Shown piece by piece: positions 36,490 through 50,899 of a stretch of 64,000 bases of DNA. Within the stretch, counting starts at the first letter, position 1; every line of letters begins with the position of its first letter. This DNA comes from Mobula birostris. Taxonomy: Eukaryota. Where the stretch lies: NCBI RefSeq assembly GCF_030028105.1, contig NC_092375.1, positions 41,453,130 to 41,517,129 of the forward strand, read 5' to 3'. The notes under the pieces are model-generated. The model was given only the letters and a program-made list of their open reading frames with translations. It did not search any database and had not been told where the DNA came from. The translations under genes were made by a program, and so were the position numbers.

Positions 36490-38479
36490 CTTTGTAAAGT
36501 TTAAAAAAAATCAAATTCCTGATACTGTAACTTGCTTTAATCCTCAATTCCAATTGCAGGTCAAAGATTGCACCACATAAAAGTTTTGATCAGCGTGACC
36601 TTGTCTTGTACTGAGAAACACATTTTATGTCCTGTTCTTCACCAGCTTAAAACCAGCTTGCATGATTAATATGGGGAATAAATCTGCCTCCAGTCCCAAA
36701 ATCTTGAGTAGAATATGCCAAAATCATACAGTGCAGAAACAGATTGATTGTCCAACCAGCCCAATAAAGACCCTCATCTGGACTAGTCACATATTCCTCG
36801 AAAGCTTTCCTTTCCAATTATCTTTTAATCTTGTTAATGTTCCTTGCCTCAACAAATTCATCTAGCTATTCACTCCACATATGGACCAACCTCTGAGTAA
36901 AAACGCGGCCCTTCAGATCCCTCTAACCCTGAAACCTTTTTCTCCAGTTTCTGATTTGGGGAAAAAAGATTGTGCATGTTCACCCTACCTATGCCCCTCA
37001 TTCTCCTACACTCCAATGAAGACCCTCGTAAATCTCCTCTGCACTCTTTCCAACTCAGTTGTATTTTTTCCCTACAGCAGCGTCAACACAATTTTCCAAA
37101 TGTGGCCTCATCAATAACTACAACATAACATCCCAATGTCTATGCTCAGTACCATGACTGACGAAGCCCAGCATGCCAAAAGCTGCTCTTGTGACCCTAC
37201 TTTCAGGAAAGGATGTATTTGGACTCCTAGGTCCCTCTATCCTACAGTGCACGCCAGGGTCCTGCCATTCAATGTGAAAGTCCTAAGCTCAGTTGTCCTC
37301 CCAAAAAGCAACACCTTGCAATCATCCACATTTTCCTTTCCTCAGCCCTTTTCCCTATCTGATTACAATCCCTCTTCGTATCCTGACAACTGTCTTCACC
37401 ATCTACAATAACTATTTTAGTATTTGCAAACTTACACTTCATCCAAGTCATTGATATAAGATGACACATGGGAATGGGCCTAACACTGAGCCCTGGGGAA
37501 AACTGATAGTCACAAGCCTGTAGTTCAGAAAGCAAACTTCCTCCCTCTGCTGTTCCCTACTATCAAACAACTTGTGTATCCTATATAAAAGCAGAACAAA
37601 AGCGGATTCAATCTGGCTACAATATGCACCATAATCAAGAAAGATACATCTACTCAATGTACAAGCTCGTGAGGAATTACAAAATTGGATGAACTGTTAA
37701 ACGGAACACTGGAGTCAGTCGATAACAACAAAATGGTCATTCCTTGTGAGAGGCCAAGCAGAGCTCAGCTACTTCAGAATGCCCGAACCTTTGTCATAAA
37801 GGTGAGGAATGGAACTGGTACTGATGATTTGGAGGTATTTGTCTACACTACTCAAAAGCACAGAAGCAGCACAGGCTCAATATCCAAACATATGATCATA
37901 GGCGATAAGGAACAAATGCCAAACCATGAACATGCAGTTAGGGTAGCCTGGATGGAGTGTGCTTCGATCACTGCGACTGCTTGAATGGACCTGCCATTAT
38001 CAATACTACATAACAACAAAGGGAAAATCTGAGCATTCTACAAAGACAGGCTCTCCTCCCATCTGTATAAACAACTTCATCTGGCTCAAATTAAGAGATA
38101 AAGCAATATTTAGAAAACTTAATACAACTCATGGCCATTTGATTGACATTTTTATCATTCAACTCAGTATCGATTCCAACCACAACTGAAGCAGTATAGG
38201 TAAGGTAAGATGCATCTTAACAGCTCCAGGTTTTAGAACCATTAAGGTCAAGAGCAGACACAGCATCACTTGAACGTTATCCTAACTCAGAAATATGCCA
38301 TCATTTCATCATTGCTGGTACACTGAATACCCCAGGTAAAACCATAAGCAATTCAAAAGTGAGTCACTTAGCTACTCATCGTTACTCTGCCATTCATTAA
38401 ATTCATCCCTAATGTGGTACCTTGACACCTGCTTCCCATTGGTAACCCCCTAAGCTCTTGACCCCCCTTCATATCAAAA

Positions 38480-39545
38480 AAAACCTTATGGTAAACATGC
38501 TAAGCAACTGAGCCACCACAGTTCCCTTGGGTAATGGATTTCAAAAATTTACTACACTCCTCACCTCCGATCTCAACGTCTGACTCCTTCTGAGAATGTG
38601 ACCCTGTATTCTCAACACTCCATACAGTCCACATCATTCCACTTCCTGCCGTCATGTGCCTGTCTATGAGCCTCTTCAACAACTGTATGTACTGGCCTCC
38701 ACCACCATCCGAGGCACCCACCACGTTCTGTAAAAAGAAACTTGCCCACACCTCTCCTTTGAACTTACCCTGTATCACCTTAAGTAGTTGCCCCCAAGTA
38801 GTTGCTAGTTCAGCTATTTCTAAAAGATACTACGCTGTTTATCTATGCATCTCGAAATCTTATAAACCTCTATCTGATCTACCGTCAGCCTCTGCTGCTC
38901 CAGAGAAAACAACTCCAGTTTGTCCATCCTCTCCTTATAGTAATCTAGGCAGCATCCTGGTAAACCTGCAAAGCCTTGACATCCTTCCCGTAATGGGACA
39001 ACCTGAAATGAATGCAGTACTCCAGATGCAGCCTAATTAGAGTTTTATAAAGCTGCAACATAACTTCCTGACTCTTGAACTCAGTTCCTTGACTAATAAA
39101 AGCATGCCATATGCCTTCTTTACCACCCTATCAATCCACGTAGCCAATTTCAAGGAACTATTGGCTTGGACTCCAGGACCCCTCTACACATCAACACTGT
39201 TAATGTTACTGTGATTAACAGTGTATTCTCCTCTTACACGTAATCTTCCAAAGCATAACACTTCACATTTGACCAGGTTAAATTCCATAAGCTATTTCTC
39301 CACCCATATCTGTCATATGATTGATATTGTCTATATTGCTATGATCCATATCTCACTGTAACATTTGCTATTCTTCTATGCTATCCACAGCACCAACAAT
39401 CTTCATATTGTCTACAAACTTACTAACCCATGCCCCTACAATTTCATCTGTCATTAGCATTGATTCCAGTACAGATCCCTGCGGAACATGACAACTTACA
39501 TATCTCCAGACAGAATAAGTCCCGTTGACCACTGTCATGTCTTTT
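38480..39545 (-). mobile_element. Degenerate CR1 3' fragment in MIX23 intron 4
   Basis: VPQGSVL and KFVDNMKI remnants, plus CR1 3' region. Confidence 0.75.
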
Positions 39546-40204
39546 CTGCTTTCTACCACAGATATTTTCTTTCATAGACTGTAGACCAAAACGGTGTACA
39601 ACATTCCAATGGTAGTTTTATCAGTGCTCTGCATAGCTGCAGATACCTTTACCCTGGCACACAAACCCTCAACCTTTTATTTGCCTTGCTAATTGCTTGC
39701 TGCAGTTTCTGAAATTTGTGTACAAGATCGCCCACATTCCACCAAACAACCGCGCCTACAGAACCATCTGGACTGTGACATTACATACAGAAAATCCAGC
39801 ACCACCTTCTGAATAACAATGAGAGCAAGACAAAACATACAGCCCTGGCACAGTCATTTATATAGAAAGAACACGTTTTCAAAAATATCTTGTTCAATAC
39901 ATAACCAAATAAAATGCCATTTCTTGTGTGATGTCTAACTACAGTATTAAGGCAAAGGCATACAATACATTATTAAGTAAATTGTAGAGGTACCGTTCTA
40001 ACATTTAATATGCTATTTCTTCAAATAACTTTGTAAATGTTAAAATGACTACTTTGAACTCCTCTTATAATATTTTTCCCCTAGCTGAAGTATATTTGAT
40101 TACTGTTAGGAATAGAGGAATCTGCAGTTTATAATCTGTGCTGAATATGTAATCTCAAAAACCAAAAGTGACTGGTTTATACAGGCTATGGGATCTTTTG
40201 GATG

Positions 40205-41024
40205 TGTAAAGCCCTGGTTAAGATTGTTACTGCTATGCAGTAGATATTTTGTTTTAGCAGTCCTGTAAGAACAGTCTGTTTCACTTTCAGCATGTTTGGT
40301 TTCGAGCTAAAGATAAGAGGTTGTGATGTTCATGCTTAGGAATGTAGTGTCATCCAATTAGGATGGTGGAATCGGAAGAAGGTTCTAGAGAATGCTGGTG
40401 GAGAGGTTTGATGACACTGGTGTGGTTTGAGGTCTTAGTGTTGCTGGGAGAAGACAGGAGAGAATGGCTGAGGATGTCACCCCTGTCGCACAAGGTGCTT
40501 TGTGCAGATGAATAGCTTCAAGGATCAATACTTTCGTGGGAGAGCCTGTTTGTTCGAGATGGATTACAAGCGACATTCAGAAGGAGGTGTGTCCTTTCAT
40601 GCAAACCATGGGTCAAGTGCATGAATTAAAGATAACTTCAAGATGAGCTCCAACTTGTATGCACATTTGGACTGGGTTAGCTGTAATGGGCCCTTTCTAT
40701 TTTTTTTCCCTTTTTCTTTTCCTACTAACTATTCAATAAAGCAGAAATTTGTAAATATACTTTCTTTATAATTGTATGCAGTGTACGATCTATTATTTCT
40801 TGCTGATGGGTAATTCCAAGTGGGCAGCATTTACACAGTATTCGCTCAGATCATGGTTCAGGTGGGTGAGACATTCCAGGCTCCCGGGTCTGAGAAAGGT
40901 CATACTGACCTGACCCTAGATGTACGGTGTCTGAGAAAAGTGGTTTTCTGACCGCTGTCCGGTGGCTGTTAGCGAGGGGCTAAGGAGCCACATCACTAGA
41001 CACACCCAGTAAAAAGGGGTTTCA
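40205..41024 (+). mobile_element. Solo LTR (820 bp)
   Basis: TGTAAAGCCC...GGGGTTTCA termini, perfect 4-bp TSD GATG (40201-40204, 41025-41028), internal AATAAA at 40735. Confidence 0.8.
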
Positions 41025-41279
41025 GATGCAAATAAGCTTCCATATTATTTGTACATATAGAAAGGCCGGATACAGTGGACGCGGAGAGCACGTTCATATA
41101 GTCGGAGAGTCTAGGATCAAAGGGCACAGCCTCAAAATAGAGTAGAGATGAAGAGGAATTTCTTTAGCCTGAGGGTTGTGAATCTGTATAATTGTTTAAA
41201 AAGGACAGGTTCATGGGCATTTGGGCCCTTTCTGGTGGCCCATTCAGCAACAGGAGCAGGCCACAGCAACGAGGCCTCT

Positions 41280-44175
41280 CCCAGGTCGGCGACGCTTGTT
41301 TGAAAGTACAGAAGGGACAAGCGAGGCGGCCATTGTTGGGAGTAGGCCAGTGGTGAGAGTAGGAGTGTCAGGCTTCAGCTCAAAGGAGGCTTCAGCTTGA
41401 AAGAGGTGTTGGCTGTGGGTAGGGTTCTGTTAAGGTTCTCTTTGTTGCTCTTACTGTACCTAGTGTAGTAAATGGCTGTTGTGTGTTCTTAAATGCCAGA
41501 TCTTCCAGAGAACTACATCTACGTGAAGTGCATCCTGATGATGTTAGGGATCTGAAGCAGCAGCTGTATGACCTTCAGTTTTTACAGGAGAGTGAGGAGA
41601 TAATTTATCAGAGTTGTGGGGAGGTAGTCGCTCCTAAGCTGCAGGAGGCAAGTGGCTGAGTGACTGTTAGTAGAAATGGAAACGTGAATGGGCAGTTAGC
41701 ACAGAGCATCTCTGTGGCCATTCCTTTCAACAATAAGAACACAGTTTTGGATACTGTTGTGGGAGATGAGCTCCCAGGGGAATACCACAGAGATCAGGTC
41801 ACTGGCACTGAGCATGGGTCCGTGGTGCAGAACGGAAAGAGAAAGAAGGAAGCAGTAGTGATAGGGGACTCAATAGTGAAGGGAATAGACAGGAGATTTT
41901 CTGTGGATGTGAATGGGACACCCGGATGGTATGTTGCCTCCCAGGTGCCATGGTCAGGGATGCCTCGGATCGCATCCATAACATTTTGGAGGGGGGGGAC
42001 AGCAGACAGATATCTTGGTACTTATTGGTACCAATGACATAGGAAGGAAAAGCAAGGAAGTCCCGAAAAGAGAAATTAGAGAGCTAGGTAGAAAGCTGAG
42101 GAGCAGGACCTCCAGGGTAGTAATTTCTGGAGTGCCGTCTGTGCCACATGCCAGTGAGGATAGAAACAGGATGAATTGGCAGATTAATGTGTGGCTGAGA
42201 GGCTGGTGCAGGGGGAAGGCTTCTGGTTCTTAGATCCTTGGAACCTCTTCTGGGGGAGGTATGACCTGTTCAAAAGTGATGGGCTGCACTTGAACCAGAC
42301 GGGGACCAATAGTCTTGCGGGCCAGTGAGATACATTTTTAGAGCAATTTGTCATTGAGCCTACTAGGGGATCAGCTATACTGGATTTGGGCAATATGTAA
42401 CAAACCGAAGGTGATTAGTATGCTTAAGGTAAAAGAATCCTTAGGACAGTGATCACAATACGGTTAAGTTCAACTAGAAATTTGATAGGGAGAAAGTAAA
42501 GTCTGATGTAGCAGTATTTCAGTGGAGTAAAGTAAATTACAGTCGTATGAGAGAGAAGTTGGCCAAAGTAAATTGGAAGGAGATGCTGGCAGGGATGACA
42601 GCAGAGCAGCAGCGGCATGAGTTTCTGGGGAAAAACGAGGAAGGTGCAGGACAGATGTATTGCAATAAACAAGGAAATACTCAAATGGAAAAATAGTACA
42701 AGACAAGATAGGATTAAGTCAGCATGGTTTCCTTAAGGAAAAATCTCGCCTGTCAAACCTGTTGGAATTCTTCGAGGAGATTACAAGTAGGATAGATAAA
42801 AGGGATGCAGTAGGTGTTGTCTATTCGGACTTAAAGAAAGCCTTTGACATGGGGCCACACATGAGGCTGCTTACCAAGTTAAGATCCCATATTACAGCAA
42901 AGTTACTGGCATGGTTAGAGCATTGGCTGTAGGAGGCAGTAAGTGGAAATAAAAGGATCGTTTAGTGGTTGGCCGCCAGTGGCTAGAGGTGTTCTGCAGG
43001 GGTCGATGTTGGGACTGCTGCTTTTTATGCTGTATATCCACAATTTAGATGATGGCTTGTTTGGCGATGATATGAAGATTGGTGGAGGGGCAGGTAGTGT
43101 TGGGGAAACAGGTAAGCTGCAGAAGGACTTGAACAGATTAGGAGAATGGGCAAGTAAGTGACAAATGAAATACAATGCTGGAAAATACATGATCATGCAC
43201 TTTGGTAGAAGAATTAAATGTGCAGACTATTTTCTAAATGGGGAGAAAATCCAAAAATCTGTGATGCAAAGGGACTTGGGAGTCTTTGTGCAGAACAACC
43301 TAAAGCTTAACTTGAAGGTTGAGTTGGTGGTGAGGAAGGCAAATTCAATGTTAGCATTCATTTCAGGAGGTCTAGAATACAAGAGCAGGGATGTGATGTT
43401 GAGGTTTTATAAAGCCTCACCTTGAGTATTTTGAACAGTTTTGGGCTCCTCATCTAAGAAAAAAACGTGCCGATATTAAAGAGGGTCCAGAGGAGATTCA
43501 CAAGGATGATTCAGGGAATGTAAGGGTTATCATGCGAGGAACGTTTGATAGCTCTGGGTCTGCACTCGCTGGAATTTAGAAGGATGCGGGGGGGGTTGGG
43601 ATCTCACTGAAACCTTTTAAATGTTGAAAGGCCTAGACAGAGTAGATATGGAAAGGATGTTACCCGTGGTGGGACAGTCTAGGACAAGAGGGCACAACCT
43701 CAGGATAGATGGACATCCATCTAAAACAGAGATGCGGAGAAATTTCCTTAGCTAGAGGGTGGCGAATTTGTGGAATTTATTACCACAGGCAGCTTTGGAG
43801 GCCGGGTCGTTGGGTGTATTTAAGGGAGAGCTTGACAGGTTCTTGATTTGACATGGCATCCAAGGTTACGGGGAGAAGGCTGGGGAGTGGGACACAGGAG
43901 GGAAAAAAGGATCAGCCATGATTGAATGGTGGAGCAGATCCGGCTAAAAGGCCTAATTCTGCTCCTATGCCTTATGGATTTCATTGACTCAGATGGCCAT
44001 GGAGGCCAAGTCATCGGGTATATTTAAAGTGGAAGTTGATAGGTTCTTGATAAGTCAGGGCGACAATGGTTACGGGGAGAAGGCAGGAGATTGTGATTGA
44101 GAGGAATAATAAATCAGACACGAGTAGACTTGATGGGCTGAATGGCCTAGCTTTACTCCTATGTTTCATGGTATT
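41280..44175 (+). mobile_element. Internally deleted CR1 (ORF1 esterase and RT remnants) plus a second CR1 3' tail
   Basis: VIGDSIVKG, IGTNDIG, LQGSMLG and FGDDMKIGG. CR1 3' ends at about 43975 and 44170. Confidence 0.85.
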
Positions 44176-44223
44176 TCATAAATCCTGTTCTCTAATACGT
44201 GCATAAAAAGAAACAGTTTCTAC

Positions 44224-44283
44224 CTTCCAACTTCTGTCATTGATAACTTCTTCAACATTTAATTCAGACTGCATTAGTTTCAA
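44224..44283 (-). CDS. MIX23: MIX23/CCDC58 exon 4
   Basis: tttcag|TTG...AAG|gtagaa. Encodes LKLMQSELNVEEVINDRSWK. Confidence 0.95.
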
Positions 44284-46268
44284 CTGAAACAAAGAAAAAA
44301 GAACAGAACATTTGGAGTGAACATTAATATTTACAGCACATTTTAACTGTAATAAATACAGAAGCTGTCAAGTGTTCACATACTGAAAAAGCATTAATCT
44401 ACAGATTTGTTGATTTTTCACAGAACCTCTTCCCTCTACCTATTCCTTTCTAGTTAATAGTCAACAACTAAGAACAGCTTACCATATGATCACAAAAAAC
44501 AACAATGTCCCCAATCTAATCAATACAATGGAAATAACACCGTTCCTTTTCATTCTTCTTAATTCTCAAAAAAAATCTGAAAAATCATTTTTAAAAATTA
44601 TATTCTCAATTTGGGTTGTGTTGAAGCTACAAATGAGGTGCAAAGTAAAGATTTCTGATCCAGTCCAGTGATGTTTACCAAAAATATACACATTAATGGA
44701 GCACCTTATAACAGTTACGATTATCAATCACATACAAACAACTTGTAAATTGGCACTATTGAACTACAGATGATCCTTTAACTGTCAACAATTTCATTTC
44801 ACTGTGGTTGTTTGTTTAAAATATGGTATCTGAAACTATGTTTGATGCTTCAATGGAGTTGAAGCTTGCAAAAGAACTATTGCACCAATTGAAGCTTATA
44901 ATGCTTCTTTGAAATACAAACCATCTCTACTAATTTTCGATTTACAACAACTTGCTTTCCATCATGAGTTTATAATATTCTAATTTTGTACTATTTATCA
45001 TTTCTGAATCCCAGATTTCCAACTGACTTCAAGTTTATTACTGTGAAAATTCACATTTATTTTACATGCCACTTGACTGCCTAGTTCTTGTGTTTTAATT
45101 GTTTATCATATTTGATGCCAAACATTAATCTTGACAATTTACTCCATTAAATAACATTTATATCATTAAAGTTTGCAAAAAGCAGTGGGCCACAATGACT
45201 CTACAGTCTGAAAGGTATCCAAAACCCTGCTTTCTATCATGAGTTAATATTCTAAAACCATGCTGCTATTTTATTTTACACATTTCAATTTTGCTAACCA
45301 GTTTTCATTTACAGGTTTGTCAAACATCTTGTGAAAATCCATATTTACAACATCCACTGCACTCCCTTCATCAATCTCTCATGGCATGCCTCAATTTCCC
45401 AAATCGGATTCCTTTTCAAATATCTGCAGGATGGCTTTGGGCCCCACAAAAAGACAAAAAACAAAATTAGTCCTGGCAATACACATATTAATATTACATT
45501 GAGTTGGTGGTGCAAAGTAGCCATGGAGCTTACACTCTAGTTACTAGGTGCAAATTAATCATGCATCACAATTCCTGGATCTACTTTTTAAAAAAATATA
45601 TCATTATATTAATCACCAGCTTAAAAAAAATTACTCGGCATTGGGCACTGTGCAATAGATCTAGGTACTCAACACTGTGCATAGTGATCTTTATGAGAAG
45701 TGGAAGGAGAATTAAATGTCAGCAGATCTGCAGCAACTGCTGCTGCAGGAGAAGGGGACAGGAGAACAAAATGGCATCTCCCTCATCCACTTGGACAAGA
45801 TATTCTCTTGTTAGGATAAGAAGTACAAGATATCCTCCTCTACCAGGTCTCCCAGGGTCACAGCCAAGTAATCAATTACTATGTGCAGGTATTATACCCT
45901 ACATCTTCAGTCATGTTTGATCTAAAGGTAACAATGTACACTGCTTCATAAAAACTACATCCAGACAAGTACAGTGTGCCACTCTGCAAATCACTGGTCT
46001 TGCACCTTCATGACAAATCAAATTAAGATAATAAACAAATGGAATAAAATTCTGAATTAAATCCCGACTTTCAAAGAAGAGGTTGTCTTACAGATAATGC
46101 ACTCATATACCATCAGTTTTCACACTTGACCCAAACTATCCATTTTGACTTGTTAAAAAGGTTGCAATTTAAAAATATTCTGGATTTATTATTGGTAATT
46201 ACTGGAAAATGACATGAAATTGAACACTAAATTTAGAACTAGGAATAATGAACTCAAGCATTACTTCA

Positions 46269-46490
<222 letters not shown>

Positions 46491-48044
46491 CTAAAACAAA
46501 CAAAACAGAAACAAAAATACACAAAATTTGCAATTATTATATGGTTGCATCAATAAATTCAACAAAGATGACAGAAATTGGTCTGGTTCACAGCTTAGTT
46601 TCATCACCCAGAGTAAATTTAAAAGAAACAAGTAAGCATATAAAAACTAAAATAGAGAATAAGTACTTCAGAGTATTTTTTAAAATTAAAATCTGGCTTA
46701 GAAGTGAGTCTTGCATGTTACATATATTCCTTAATGTACTCTTTTTCAAATTCTGTTCAGATTACTTTTTGGGTGAATCTTATGTTAAGTCAATAGGTTT
46801 GTAGGGGAAATGGCTCTCAATATTTCCACACTAGATGTGATAACTCCTAGTTTGATAACTGTCCTGGCAGATGATCCCTCCTTGTTCATGTGAGAGACTT
46901 TGTTCGCATTTCCCAAAATCCATGAAGAAATGTTAGATTGATTGTGGGATTTTTACAAAAGGTGACTACCAATATACAAGCAATTATTTGACCTGAATTG
47001 GTTTATTATTGATTGTACCCACAGAAAATGTCATTGACTGACTGTGTATGGCCTGGATCATCTTGATGGCCTGGTCTTTCAGAACCTGATTGCTGTTAAA
47101 GTACAGACAATGCAAACTTCCTTCTACAGTATCTGCAAAAAAAAGTACATCCATAGAAGAAGTGCACTCCCCCTAGCACAGACATTACTTTTCCAATTTT
47201 TACAGGAGGTATCTCTATGCTGAGCAACTCTGCCATGTCATGAACCATGAACTTGTCATGGTAAAATATTATTTTAATTAATCTGAACTTCTTTCACCCA
47301 AATTCTGCAAACATATAAAGTTGTTTCTTAATTGCCTGATTTAGATCCTTCTGGAATGAAGCTGAATGCAATTATAACAAGGTCAAATGATTCACAGATT
47401 TACAATTAAAATATAACAGACAAGGGCCATATCTTTCAGCTTTCTTGACATCATTCAGATAACAATGTAAAACTTAGTTTATATATCTAAATTTTAATTC
47501 AATTATACTTCTTTGATCCAGTTCATTTTATATAGCATTTGCTAAGCAGAAAAATGTCAATTAATACCAACCATAAAGATCGATTGACATTTACCAACTA
47601 ATAAAAGAAACTCAAGTGAACTATCCTGGCGGATCTCCAAAAATAGACACTCAAAAACAAAATCAAACACTTAGTTTGAATTTCAGACAAACATCCAAAC
47701 CACACATCTCAGCTGAAGTCATATGTGCTATTGATGTCAACTATTGATGATTCTAAATCATTAACTAAACAGTTGGTTAGTACAGCCCAATAGTCAATCA
47801 GAGCTTTGATCTTCCATCTGAAAAGGGAAAAAATTGGGGGTGAGACAAAATATACTAAAAAGGAGACATTAAGGCTTCCTGCAGTAGTTGAGTAATTAGC
47901 ACGTTGGTTCCGTTGATGTATTTGAATAAAAAGCACTTCTGAAGTAATTGCATTATTTCTCCCTTCATTCATAAACAGCAGGATGACCTCAATTTCCTTA
48001 GAATTTGTCAACAGTGTCAGGTGGATCTCACTCAGTCAAATTCA

Positions 48045-48323
<279 letters not shown>

Positions 48324-48372
48324 CTATTATTGAGATAGAAAACAAAATGGTTAAATGGAGTTCAAGCACCTA

Positions 48373-50326
48373 TAGTTGCAAGAAAAAGTTTGTGAACCCT
48401 TTGCAATTACCTGGTTTTCTGCATTACTTACCCATAAAATGTGGCCTGATCTTCATCTAAGTGAGAGGTATTGATCATGTGGATAGTCAGAGGCTTTTTC
48501 CCAGGGCTGAAATGGCTATACGAGAGGGCACAGTTTTAAGGTGCTTAGAAGTAGGTACAGAGGAGATGTCAGGGGTAAGTTTTTTTTTGCACAGAGAGTG
48601 GTGAGTGTGTGGAATGGGCTGCCAGCAATGGTGGTGGAGGCAGATATGATAGGGTCTTTTAAGAGACTCCTAGATAGGTACATGGAGCTTAGAAAAATAG
48701 AGGGCTATGGGTATCCCTTGCTAATTTCTATAGTAAGGACACATTCAGCACAGCTTTGTGGGCCGAAGGGCCTGTATTGTGCTGTAGGCTTTCTATGTTT
48801 CCAAATCACAATAATAGACAAACACAATCTGCCTAAACTAATAACACACAAAGAATTGTACTTTGCATGTCTTTATTGAACACATTGTTCAATCATTTAC
48901 AGTCCAGGTTGGAAAAAGTACGTGAACCTTTACACTTAATAAGTTGTATTTAATAACTTTTGTATTTAAGAACCTCCTTTAGCAGCAGTAACCTTCACCA
49001 AATGTTTCCTGTAGCTGCTGATCAGACTTGCATAATGGCGAGGAGGAATTTTAGACCATTCCTCCATGCAAAACTGTATCAGTTCATCAATATTTCTGGG
49101 CTACCTTGTGTGAATAGACCTCTTCAGGTCATGCCATAGCATCTCAAGTGGGTTAAGGTCTGGGCTCTGACTTGACCATTCCAAATCATACATTTTTTTC
49201 TTCTTAAACCATTTTTGCTCTTGTGTTTTAGAGCATTGTCTTGCTGCATCATGCAACTTCTATTACGCTTCAGGTGACAGACCACCACCCTGACATTCTC
49301 CTGTAAAATGTCTTGATTCAATTTGGAATTCATTGTTCCTTCAACCATTGTAAGCTGTCCAGGTCCTGAGGCAACAAAGCAGCCCCAAACCATGATGCTC
49401 TTTCCACCATGCTTCACAGTTAGGATGAGGTTTTGGTGTTGGTGTGCAGTGCCCTTTTTCCTCCAAGCATAGCAGTGTGCATTTCTGTCTAAAAGTTCAA
49501 CTTTTGTCTCATCAGTCCACAGAACAATGTCCCTGAAGCATTGTGGAACAATTAGGTGGTCTTTTGCAAGCTGAGATGTGCACCAATTTTTTTTAGGAGA
49601 GCAGTGGTTTCCTCAGTGGTATCCCTCTATGAACACCATTCTCGTTCAGTGTTTTTCTTATAGTGGACACATGAACAGAGACTTTAGCAAGTTCTAGAGA
49701 TTTCTGCAGCTCTTTTGCTGTTCCCTGGATTCTTTTTCACCTCCTTCAGCAGTGCATGTTGTGCTCTTGGTGTGATCTTTACAGAACACCCACTCCTAGG
49801 GAGAGCAGCAACAGTACTGAATTTCCTCCATTTATAAACAATTTCTCTTCCCGTGGACTAATGAACACTCAAGTCTTTAAAAATGCTTTGTAGCCTTTTC
49901 TAGCTTCATGCGTCTCTACAATTCTTCTAAGGTTCTCTGAAAGTTGTGTTGATTGAGGCATGGTGCACATAAACAGATCTTTCTTGAGAAGAGCAGACTC
50001 TGCCAGTAACCTGACTTTGTGTGCCTTTTTCATAGGGCAGGGCACCTCTCCAACCCACACCTCTAATCTCATCTCATTGATTGGAACACTAGACTCCAAA
50101 TAGCTTTTGTAGAATGCATTACCCCAGAGGTTCACATACTTTTTAGACCTTAGACTGTGATTGTTTAAATGGTGTACTCTGTATTGATGAGAAGTATAAT
50201 CGTTTGTGTTTTATTAGTTTATGCAGATTGTGTTTGTCTATTATTGTGACTTAGTTGAAGATCAGACCACATTTTGAGTAATTAATGCAGTGAACCAGGT
50301 AATTGCAAAGAGTTAACTTGCAACAG
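48373..50326 (-). mobile_element. Tc1/mariner DNA transposon (IR/DR type) with degenerate transposase; CR1 3' fragment (48463-48802) inserted in one TIR
   Basis: TA flanks and long TIRs (AGTTGCAAG...; TTTGCAATTACCTGGTT / AACCAGGTAATTGCAAA). Transposase motifs KHGGKSIMVWGCF and QQDNALKH. Confidence 0.9.
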
Positions 50327-50899
50327 TATGTAACGACCTGTCATGACCCACCAGTCACAAAATGTATCAGTATCTAATAGAGAAATGATGACCTCATTGG
50401 AGTATCTGCAACACTGGGCAACATAACTTAGGAAAGATGTCAAGGTCTTGGGGAAGTTGCAAGGTATAGAATGGTACCAAAGATGAGAGATTAGAATTAC
50501 ATAGACTAAAAATTTTAGGATTGTTCTTAGAACATTTAGAAAATATTAAGAGAGAGAGGGAAGAATAAAGTGATGATAATATTAAGCGTGATGAAATAAA
50601 AATGATAAATAATTTCCAGTGGCCTGGTTAAAGTAACTAAAGAATACACATTTAAAACACAGAATGGGAGACTTGTGAAGATAAATTCTGCGCTGGTCTG
50701 GTGATACAGCATGTAGAGCTTTAACTGGATAATGCAGGTGGAACCAACGTAAGCATCTGGGTCTAGAAAGAATGGTTTTGCAAGGAACATAGTTTAAGGG
50801 AAAAAAAATCACATCTAAGTTATGACTAGCCTGACAGTTATTCCGGGCAGAGGCCGACCAATTAAAGTTACACCGAACTTTACCACTAACGTGCACCAC

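Larger units (their letters stand above)
24691..37716 (+). repeat. Tandem segmental duplication unit C (about 13.0 kb), continuous with native MIX23
   Basis: Similarity to units A and B ends at CTGGAGTC (37716), after which unique MIX23 intron 4 sequence continues. Confidence 0.9.

Noticed and set aside
1-37716. Triplication as an assembly artefact or uncollapsed haplotypes
   Set aside because: The units differ by many substitutions, private transposon insertions with visible empty sites, and different deletions, which fits real and fairly old paralogues. Long reads would confirm this.
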